Below, one piece after another: positions 23,933 through 31,115 of a DNA stretch of 31,115 nucleotides. The DNA is from Candidatus Lloydbacteria bacterium RIFCSPHIGHO2_02_FULL_50_18. Its GTDB lineage: Bacteria; Patescibacteriota; Minisyncoccia; Phycocordibacterales; UBA6899. The notes beneath the pieces are model-generated. The model did not search any database and was not told where the DNA came from. It saw nothing but the letters and a program-made list of their open reading frames with translations. The stretch covers positions 1 through 31,115 of the forward strand of contig MHLM01000008.1 in NCBI GenBank assembly GCA_001821395.1. The letters run 5' to 3'. The position numbers and the translations under genes were made by a program. Positions within the stretch are counted from its first letter, which is position 1. Each line of letters begins with the position of its first letter.

Positions 23933-24763
23933 TTATTTTATCGGCACAGACTCCGTACGCACCCCCTCGCTATAAGGCAGATACACAAAACGCAGCGTGT
24001 GCACGTTCATCGGCCATTTGAAATAGATCTCCTGAAGTGAGCCGCTGCCCTGCTTGTTGACCGCATCGACAACACCCGCATAGAGCGGTGCGAGCGTAGG
24101 GATCTCGATCATATCCCCCACCGTAACCGGAATTCCTCTCGGAAGGACGATGCGAAAGTTTCCTCCTCCGACTCCATATGCGATCGTCGGGGTAGAGCTT
24201 GAGCCGACTGTGACCGGAAGCTCGTTGCCGCTTGATGAATAGAGTGTGACCACGGCGCTTTCTCCGAATACCTGCGTTATCTCGCCGACGGCAAAATCTC
24301 CGTCGACAAGAACAGGCGTCCCCACCGCAACGCCAAGGCTTTCGCCCGTATCAATGATGAGCGTGTCATAGGGTGCGCGACCCGGACTCGCAAGTACGCG
24401 CGCAAGGAGGAGGGAGCGAGTGGCATGCCGCCCGAGGACAGACTTGAGTGCTTCATTTTCACTGCGGAGCACTTCGCGTGAATAGGATTCAGCGGTAACC
24501 ATATCGAGTGCATCCTGAAGACGAGTGTTCTCATCACGCAATGAGCGCTTTGAAGAAAAATATGCGCGTGTGCTTGCCAATGAATCGGTCACGCTGTTTG
24601 CTGCAGAAAAGAGAGGGCGAGCAATAAAATGAACAACGCCGGCTAACTGCTCCTCAACGGGTGTGCGAAAAACGAGGATGAACAAAGCAAGCACAAGGAA
24701 TACCCCGAGTATCTTTCTCCGTCGTATCTTTTTTTCGTTATCGTGGCGGAAGCTCGTTATCAT
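23933..24763 (-). CDS. mreC: Rod shape-determining protein MreC
   Basis: N-terminal TM, a coiled-coil region (RLQDALDMVTAESYSREVLRSENEALKS), then a beta-rich domain. The annotated start overlaps mreB by 26 nt, so the true start may lie downstream. Confidence 0.75.
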   Translation of the reverse strand: MITSFRHDNEKKIRRRKILGVFLVLALFILVFRTPVEEQLAGVVHFIARPLFSAANSVTDSLASTRAYFSSKRSLRDENTRLQDALDMVTAESYSREVLRSENEALKSVLGRHATRSLLLARVLASPGRAPYDTLIIDTGESLGVAVGTPVLVDGDFAVGEITQVFGESAVVTLYSSSGNELPVTVGSSSTPTIAYGVGGGNFRIVLPRGIPVTVGDMIEIPTLAPLYAGVVDAVNKQGSGSLQEIYFKWPMNVHTLRFVYLPYSEGVRTESVPIK

Positions 24764-25787
24764 GTTCGATCAGGACCTCACGGAAATCGTCGATATTTTC
24801 GATGACGATCCCAGTCCCGCGTGCGACAGCGGTGAGCGGCTCGTCGGAGGTCGTGACGGGAATCTTGAGTGTCTGCGCGAGGAGGTCCGCCAAGCCGTGA
24901 ATAAGCGCCCCGCCTCCAACGAGTACGATCCCGCGATTCATCACATCAGAAAGAATTTCTGGGGGTGTCGTCTCAAGCACTTCTTTTGTCGACTCGACGA
25001 GCACCTGGATCGACCCTGCGATTGCTTCGCGGATATCCGAATCAGTGACGATGACCTCACGAGGAAGTCCGGTCAACAGGTCGCGTCCGCGGATCGCAGC
25101 CTCACGGGGCTCCTTTGGCTTCGTCGCCGAACCGATGGCGATCTTCACGTTCTCTGCGGTGCGCTCACCGATCAGTATCTTAAATTCATCGCGTATATAT
25201 GAAATGATATCGCTATTGAAACGATCACCCGCAACCTTGAGATTCTTTGAATTGACGATGCCGGAAAGTGAGATCACGGCGATGTCTGTCGTGCCGCCAC
25301 CGATGTCGATAATCATCGAACCCACGGGGTCTTTGACGGGAAGTCGGATACCGATCGCGGCGGCCATCGGCTCTTCGACGATGAATACTTCGCGCGCGCC
25401 CGCGTTCATTGCCGCGTCGCGCACTGCGCGCGTCTCCACGTTCGTGATGCTCGACGGGACACCAATCACCACGCGCGGGCGTCCCTGGCGCTTGGACATT
25501 TTCTGAGCCTTATGAATGAAGTGTGCGAGCATCTCTTCCGTCACTTCAAAGTCGGAAATAACACCATCGACAAGAGGGCGTATCGCAACAACATGCCCTG
25601 GCGTACGGCCGAGCATTTGCTTTGCTTCGGTGCCAACGGCAACGACGCGATTTGTTTTTTGATTGACGGCGACAACGGACGGTTCGTCGATGATAATTCC
25701 ATGATCACGAAGATAGACAAGGGTATTTGCGGTCCCAAGGTCGATACCGATGTCGCTGCCGAGCATTCCATAGAAGCGCTTAAACAT
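24738..25787 (-). CDS. mreB: Rod shape-determining protein MreB (actin homologue)
   Basis: Actin-fold phosphate-1 motif (IGIDLGTANTLVY) and a characteristic adenosine motif (DIGGGTTDIAVISL). Confidence 0.9.
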   Translation of the reverse strand: MFKRFYGMLGSDIGIDLGTANTLVYLRDHGIIIDEPSVVAVNQKTNRVVAVGTEAKQMLGRTPGHVVAIRPLVDGVISDFEVTEEMLAHFIHKAQKMSKRQGRPRVVIGVPSSITNVETRAVRDAAMNAGAREVFIVEEPMAAAIGIRLPVKDPVGSMIIDIGGGTTDIAVISLSGIVNSKNLKVAGDRFNSDIISYIRDEFKILIGERTAENVKIAIGSATKPKEPREAAIRGRDLLTGLPREVIVTDSDIREAIAGSIQVLVESTKEVLETTPPEILSDVMNRGIVLVGGGALIHGLADLLAQTLKIPVTTSDEPLTAVARGTGIVIENIDDFREVLIEHDNELPPR

Positions 25788-26049
25788 AGTGTCCGTATTC
25801 TAGTGGATGAGCCCCTCAGAGTCAAAATTCTGATGAAAATTGACATCGTTCTATTTTGTGACATAAATCATATCCAGCGCAATCGGTCGGTGTACCCTCT
25901 CTTGATACCGTTCGTCGCATAGATGAAATTGAGGTCATCATAGAGTCAAAAAGACGGCGAAGTACACATCAATACGCGATGTGTTAAATTTCAGATATTT
26001 CATTTGACAACAACATTCCGAGTGATAGACCTATAAGAGATATAGATAC

Positions 26050-26301
26050 ATGGAGAATTGTATGTCCGTCTCGCAGTTCCCGAATGCAACTTCCGCTGTG
26101 ATGCAACAACTGATCAAGCTAATGGAAGACCTCATCCCGAATCCGCATCCGGTGATCGATGATGACACTGAAGTTATCATTTCGGCATATATGTGTGCCG
26201 CGATAGAACAGATCATCAACATGCAGCAGCTTCCGCTTTACCACACACTCGACCCTGCGATCATGAGCCAGATCAAATCGCTTCTCGATTCCTGCCGGTA
26301 A
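26050..26301 (+). CDS. Hypothetical small acidic protein (83 aa; possibly 79 aa from the second ATG at 26062)
   Basis: The RBS-like GGAGA precedes the second ATG. No recognisable domain. Followed by a terminator. Confidence 0.45.
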   Translation: MENCMSVSQFPNATSAVMQQLIKLMEDLIPNPHPVIDDDTEVIISAYMCAAIEQIINMQQLPLYHTLDPAIMSQIKSLLDSCR

Positions 26302-26303
26302 AA

Positions 26304-26336
26304 AACACTGCCTCGTGCGAGGCAGTTTTGTTTTTT
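26304..26336. terminator. Bidirectional rho-independent terminator
   Basis: aaaaaacactgcctcgtgcgaggcagttttgtttttt. The perfect hairpin ctgcctcg..cgaggcag is flanked by an A-run and a T-run and serves the 83-aa gene and proS convergently. Confidence 0.7.
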
Positions 26337-27582
26337 ATACGAAGCGTGCAAGGAGGTCTTCGCGACTGACCCATTCCGACTCGCCACTTGCACGATGCTT
26401 GATCTCAAACTTCCCTTCTGCGAGTGTTTTCTTCGACACGATGACGCGAAGCGGAATACCGATGAGGTCGCTGTCGTTGAATTTCTCTCCCGCCGAAACA
26501 CCTTTGCGCTCGTCATACAACACGTCGACACCAAGATCGAGCAGTGCGTCATACAGCAGATTTGCAGTGCTGCTCACTTCGAGATCGTCGGTAGCAAGAG
26601 AAATAAGGTGGACGCGATATGGTGCGACCGATTCTGGCCACACAAGACCCCCGTCGTCCGAAAGTGCCTCAGCGATAACACCCATGAGACGCGTGATGCC
26701 GATACCAAAACAACCCATGATGGGATATGCATCCTCGCCTTCCTTGTTTTTATAGGTGAATCCAAAATCTTTTGGATACTTTATTCCTAGATCAAAGATA
26801 TTCCCGACCTCTGATGCCTTTGCGCGGGCAAGCGTTCCCTTATTGCACCGTGTGCACGCATCCGCTTCTTGCTGCTTAGTGATCTCCGCATTCACGCAAT
26901 ACGAGCACGCGTCACAATATAAAATATCATCTTCCCCGGCACCAGTAAGCACCATGAACTCATACGAGAGTTTCTCGGTAAAGCTCCCGCCGGACGCTTC
27001 GGTCACCTTCGCGACCAATCCGCAGCGCTTATATACTTTCAAATATGCCTCCTTCGCGATCGCATAAAATCGGTCGAAATCCTCCTGTGTTTCATGGAAG
27101 GAATACATATCTTTCATGCTGAACTCACGACCACGCATGATGCCGGACTTCGCACGCAGCTCATCGCGATATTTCTGACCGATCTGATAGACCGCGACAG
27201 GAAGATCCTTGTACGAACGGACATACTCCTGTGCTATCGGGGTAACGATCTCCTCCGCGCTTTGCCCTATAGTGTATTCCTTTTCGGTGCGACTATTGAT
27301 CTTGAAGATGACATCGACTTTATCCCAAGCTCCCGTCTGCTTCCATGGTTCGGATGGTTGAAGGGTGGCCATACGAACCTCTTGCCCGCCAATCCTGTCC
27401 ATCTCATCACGAACGATGCTTTCGATCTGCAGAAGAACGCGGCGACCGAGCGGAAGGTAAGAATACGAACCCGCCATTTCTTTATGCACGAATCCCGCGC
27501 GGATCAAGAGCTGCGCATTCGTTGTGACTTCGTCTTTTGGGGCTTCTTTACGTGTCTTCGTGAAAAGTTGTGATTGGAGCAT
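26335..27582 (-). CDS. proS: Prolyl-tRNA synthetase, bacterial type without INS editing domain (Cys4 mini-insertion)
   Basis: The N-terminus MLQSQLFTKTRKE..LLIRAGFV matches the bacterial ProRS motif-1 region, and EVGNIFDLGIKY matches motif 3. The total is only 415 aa. Where INS would be there is CDACSYC..ADACTRC. Confidence 0.8.
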   Translation of the reverse strand: MLQSQLFTKTRKEAPKDEVTTNAQLLIRAGFVHKEMAGSYSYLPLGRRVLLQIESIVRDEMDRIGGQEVRMATLQPSEPWKQTGAWDKVDVIFKINSRTEKEYTIGQSAEEIVTPIAQEYVRSYKDLPVAVYQIGQKYRDELRAKSGIMRGREFSMKDMYSFHETQEDFDRFYAIAKEAYLKVYKRCGLVAKVTEASGGSFTEKLSYEFMVLTGAGEDDILYCDACSYCVNAEITKQQEADACTRCNKGTLARAKASEVGNIFDLGIKYPKDFGFTYKNKEGEDAYPIMGCFGIGITRLMGVIAEALSDDGGLVWPESVAPYRVHLISLATDDLEVSSTANLLYDALLDLGVDVLYDERKGVSAGEKFNDSDLIGIPLRVIVSKKTLAEGKFEIKHRASGESEWVSREDLLARFV

Positions 27583-27709
27583 GATAAATGTGTTTATGTG
27601 ACAGACATTGTACCTTACGACTGAAGTGCAATTATCTTGACAAAATAGATATAAAATCGTATAATTAGGTAAGCAATTTGTACTATTTACCTAACCAACG
27701 GAGGTCCCC

Positions 27710-27901
27710 ATGACCAGCTTACTGTTCCCCAGCGGCGTCATCATAATCTTTTTAGGCGCATTAATCCTGTTTTTGCTCGGCCTCTTCGTCGGCTATGGAA
27801 CAAAGCAATTAAAGGGGGCGCATTCCGTGGCATGTATCCTCATCGGTCTCATACTCTCCTACTTGTACTATTTGGTCGTGATCGACCTCGTCTTCCGATA
27901 G
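27710..27901 (+). CDS. Small two-helix membrane protein (63 aa)
   Basis: RBS aacGGAGGtccccATG. Two hydrophobic helices. Confidence 0.5.
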   Translation: MTSLLFPSGVIIIFLGALILFLLGLFVGYGTKQLKGAHSVACILIGLILSYLYYLVVIDLVFR

Positions 27902-27921
27902 TCGCGCCCCCCGTTCAAAAA

Positions 27922-27947
27922 GCCCGCTCCTCGTGAGCGGCTTTTTT
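27922..27947 (+). terminator. Rho-independent terminator
   Basis: gcccgctc-ctcgt-gagcggc hairpin followed by ttttttatt. Confidence 0.65.
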
Positions 27948-28150
27948 ATTATGGAAAAAATTAACCAATCTCTTCTCTCTCCTTCATTTAAACGAGATGT
28001 GATACGAGGCGTCAAGGAACGACACCTCCCGAGGCGTACTCTGAGTACGACGAGCGACATTATTTTCTTATGAGCAAGGCGAATTAGAAAATAAGAAGTA
28101 CTCCCGTGGTACGGGGTTCGTTCTGAAGACAACGAAGTAGCGCGCTCGTT

Positions 28151-29236
28151 TTAATGAAGGAGCTTGGCGATGTCGTGCCAAGTGACAACAAGCATGAGCA
28201 GCATGAGTAGTGAGAACCCCACGAGATTCGTCATGTTCGCAACCTTCACATTGATAGGACGACGCATGATGGCTTCAATGATGATAAAAAGAAGGCGTCC
28301 TCCGTCCAATGCGGGAAACGGAATGACATTGATGACGGCAAGATTGATGGAGATGAGCGCAGTGAACAGCAGGAAATTCGCAAAACTAATGTTTGCCGCT
28401 TCGCCGACCGCCCCCACGATACCCACAGGTCCGGTGACTTGAGAAAAATCAGACTTTCCGGTGATCACACTCGAGAAAAAATCCCAAAGTCCGGTCGCCG
28501 TGAGAATAGTGTACTGGTAGGTCTTATTGAATCCTTCCAATACGGCAAGATGCACGGGGAGCTTGAGTGTGCCTACGATGTCCATGTAGATACCGATGGC
28601 CGCTTTGTCGGTGACGATTCCGGAAACCGGCGTGATGTTGGTAGATAACGTCTTCCCGTCCCGTCGGTAGGTGAACGAAAGCGGATGCTCAAAACGAGGA
28701 GCGACGAATGACGATACGGAATCGGGTGATGTCACTTCGGTACTCTCGGCTCCATCAGCAACAGTAAGCAGTATATCTCCCGGGAGAAGTCCGGAAGCTT
28801 CTGCAGGAGAACCCGGGTGTATGCCTGATACCATGATACGCTGGTCCGTGAGCGTATGCCCCCCTCCTAGGGGTGCGGTGATACCGAGCATAAGCGTCGC
28901 GGAGATGAGCAGCCATGCCAAAAGCAAATTAAAGACGACACCGGCTACAATGACCGCCCCCTGTATAAGACGCGGCTGATTGTTGAATGCACGTTTTTTG
29001 TCGGCATTATCCTCAACCTCATCGGGATTCTCGCCGTAGATCTTCACATATCCGCCAAAGGGAAGCGCATTAAAGGAATAGCGTGTTTCCCCTTTTGTGA
29101 TGCTTCCAAGACGCGGAGGAAAACCGAAGGCAAATTCATCAACACGGATACCCGCCTGCTTTGCGATAATAAAATGCCCGAATTCATGAGCAATGACCAA
29201 GACGAGGAGCACCAGGAAGAAAAGTAAAATTGACAT
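28151..29236 (-). CDS. rseP: Site-2 protease, RseP/RasP family zinc metalloprotease with PDZ domain
   Basis: HExxH in the first TM (AHEFGHFIIAK). A central PDZ-like segment (GIHPGSPAEASGLLPGDILL). A C-terminal LDGG motif (NVIPFPALDGGRLLF). Confidence 0.85.
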   Translation of the reverse strand: MSILLFFLVLLVLVIAHEFGHFIIAKQAGIRVDEFAFGFPPRLGSITKGETRYSFNALPFGGYVKIYGENPDEVEDNADKKRAFNNQPRLIQGAVIVAGVVFNLLLAWLLISATLMLGITAPLGGGHTLTDQRIMVSGIHPGSPAEASGLLPGDILLTVADGAESTEVTSPDSVSSFVAPRFEHPLSFTYRRDGKTLSTNITPVSGIVTDKAAIGIYMDIVGTLKLPVHLAVLEGFNKTYQYTILTATGLWDFFSSVITGKSDFSQVTGPVGIVGAVGEAANISFANFLLFTALISINLAVINVIPFPALDGGRLLFIIIEAIMRRPINVKVANMTNLVGFSLLMLLMLVVTWHDIAKLLH

Positions 29237-29263
29237 GGAAGTATATTAGCACATTTCTCTCTA

Positions 29264-30091
29264 TCAGATGGGCGTGTACGGGGCAGTCGGAGAAACTATC
29301 GGATAAAGTGTGCGCGCGACAGAGAGGAGAAAGAGCTCCCGCGCGAGGCGGTCCTCGACATTGTCGCGATATCCGACGGTGACGAGGAATGGCACGACGC
29401 AGGCCGTGGCCTCACGAATGTTCGTACTCGCGGGAAGTGTCTCCTCGGTAAAACGAAACACGGTCGTCGTCGCTTCTCTGCTCGTGCAAGGACGAACGAC
29501 CCGAAGCCACATCGCTCCATTTTTTTGTGCGATCTCACCGTCGGTGACGCCAAAATAATATTCGGAATTTGCAAATGCCAGATTATCGCTTCGCTCGTAT
29601 GCAAGCGACCAGCCCTCGGGTAATTCCATAAGAAAACCAAGATGCCTGTTTTCGATACGTGTGACAGTGACATCTTCGAAGCGTACGAAACCTCGGGTCA
29701 TCGCTTCAGTGCTTGATGCGATCTCGGCCGAGGTGCTCGCATGGAGGAGTGCGGTGCCGAGGATATCATCATCCGCTGACAGATCCGAAACTAAAAGTGG
29801 TGCGGCTGAGAGGGCGGGCACATTGTATCTCGGATCACTTTGCATCGATGCATTCCACTCTTCCTGCACAGCCTTCCTTCTCACCTCTGCTCTATCCGCG
29901 CGTTTATGCTCCTCTTCGATCAATTGTGCACTCTGAAACAGCACTGCCTTCTCATGCGCCGCACGTGCGATGTGCGCGACAATTGCCCCAAAGATGGCAC
30001 ACAAAAAAAGAAGTACCAGCACGATATCAACGATGAATCGTCGTTGTTCTCTCTTGCGCAACGTGTGCTCGTGGGCCTCGGTGCTCATCAT
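29264..30091 (-). CDS. Hypothetical single-pass membrane protein (275 aa) between frr and rseP
   Basis: Charged N-terminus, one TM (FIVDIVLVLLFLCAIFGAIVAHI), then an extracytoplasmic domain of unknown function. The overlapping 125-aa ORF is Arg/Ser-rich junk. Confidence 0.5.
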   Translation of the reverse strand: MMSTEAHEHTLRKREQRRFIVDIVLVLLFLCAIFGAIVAHIARAAHEKAVLFQSAQLIEEEHKRADRAEVRRKAVQEEWNASMQSDPRYNVPALSAAPLLVSDLSADDDILGTALLHASTSAEIASSTEAMTRGFVRFEDVTVTRIENRHLGFLMELPEGWSLAYERSDNLAFANSEYYFGVTDGEIAQKNGAMWLRVVRPCTSREATTTVFRFTEETLPASTNIREATACVVPFLVTVGYRDNVEDRLARELFLLSVARTLYPIVSPTAPYTPI

Positions 30092-30288
30092 GTTAAAAGT
30101 AGGACTGATATAAATGAGCGCATCGTGGAGAGTGCTTTAAAATTTCGACACTCAAAGGCTCGATGACATTTGAGGTCGAATTCGCAGCGCGGGGAGATAT
30201 TGAAGAAGGCATATTCATAGATGATGACCGCAATAGTGGAGCATAAGTGCGTTGCCTTACAACAAAGGAGTTCGCCATTTGATCTATC

Positions 30289-30840
30289 CTAAATGTTGAT
30301 ATCTTTCTCTTTCGAAGCTGCAAGCACTTCAAAGCGCGCATTGGCATCGTCGACGAGTCTCTGGAGTTCTTCTTTTGTTTTGCGCGCATCGTCCTCGGAC
30401 ATATCGCCGTCTTTTTCCTGTTGCTTTGCATCAGCGATGACCACTTCGCGTTCCTTGCGTAATGAGATGCGTGCATCCTCAAGCCTGTCTTTCAAAAGCT
30501 TGATGATCTGTGCGCGACGCTCTCCCGTGAGTTCTGGGAATATTACACGCAAGCCGTTGTCATCGGTCATGACCGAAAGGCCGATATTGGCTTTCTGGAT
30601 AGCGCCCTCGATAGCCTTGTTCTGTGACTTGTCCCAGGGAGTGATGCGGAGCGTGCGTGCATCCTCCATCGATACAGTGCCCACGTGGGAGATCGGCGAC
30701 TGTGTGCCATACGAATCGACGGTGATGGAATCGAGGATCGCACTCGTCGCACGGCCGGTACGCAGGAGAGAGAATTCTTTTTTGAGCCATTCTTCGATGT
30801 CAGCGATGCGCAACTTGAACGGGGTGAAATTGTATGCCAT
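30289..30840 (-). CDS. frr: Ribosome recycling factor
   Basis: 183 aa. Conserved segments are TGRATSAILDSITVDSYG and the C-terminal helical KKLLKDRLEDARISLRKEREV. The plus-strand 232-aa ORF on the opposite strand is an antisense artefact. Confidence 0.9.
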   Translation of the reverse strand: MAYNFTPFKLRIADIEEWLKKEFSLLRTGRATSAILDSITVDSYGTQSPISHVGTVSMEDARTLRITPWDKSQNKAIEGAIQKANIGLSVMTDDNGLRVIFPELTGERRAQIIKLLKDRLEDARISLRKEREVVIADAKQQEKDGDMSEDDARKTKEELQRLVDDANARFEVLAASKEKDINI

Positions 30841-31115
30841 AGATGTTTGTAGTGTAACAAATCTACCTCTATTTTTCTACTCCACGCAAAATAGCACATA
30901 TGGAGAGCGAGTCCCCTCGCATTTCCTCATCGCAATATTCAAAAACATGACTGCACGATTTCAGGTCAAAGATATTAAATACAATACGTAGTAGCCTCAA
31001 AAAAAGTCCGCGCAGTACAGTGAGTACATGCGCGGAGAGTCAAAGCATCAAAGGGACAAAGTGCGAGCCCCAAGTATGCAGAGTAGAAGAGCCTAGTTAC
31101 GAACGGCAAGGAAGC

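Overview
This 31.1 kb window looks like a bacterial chromosomal segment, roughly 50% GC, with no obvious UGA recoding and almost everything on the minus strand. About two thirds of it is recognisable core cell-envelope and translation content. There is a division/cell-wall cluster in canonical order (mraZ-rsmH-ftsL-ftsI-murF, 13.2-18.3 kb) with an MraZ-box array upstream. There is a complete rod-shape cluster (mreB-mreC-mreD-mrdA, 21.9-25.8 kb). Other recognisable genes are lysS, greA, proS (which lacks the INS editing domain), rseP, frr, an SLT-type lytic transglycosylase, a processive family-2 glycosyltransferase and a CcdA/DsbD-type thiol-disulfide transporter. I found no tRNA, rRNA, CRISPR array or transposase. 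The unusual part is an accessory islet at about 10.3-13.2 kb, between a 2H-phosphoesterase gene and murF. It carries small genes (a 117-aa secreted protein, a 51-aa hydrophobic peptide, and a 109-aa plus ~146-aa pair), each bracketed by a reused promoter module (GGTTGACAAAACAG) and a terminator followed by a conserved ATTTGTGAC(C/T)(C/T)TACAGAGAAT boundary motif. Inside it is about 1 kb of ORF-free mosaic repeat DNA (11297-12346) with a 76-bp perfect direct repeat, a roughly 20-bp inverted repeat, a perfect 18-bp palindrome and hairpins that co-vary between copies. I read this as either an array of small structured RNAs (possibly antitoxin or regulatory RNAs for the adjacent small peptides) or a decayed tandem cassette or MITE cluster. 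Other points worth checking are an interleaved inverted-repeat element between greA and mrdA, a membrane-anchored thioredoxin-like protein with an acidic CDDC active site next to the GT2, a vWA-domain protein of elevated GC with an unknown C-terminal domain, an isolated AT-rich gene, and a GC-rich 350-bp intergenic region with duplicated motifs.
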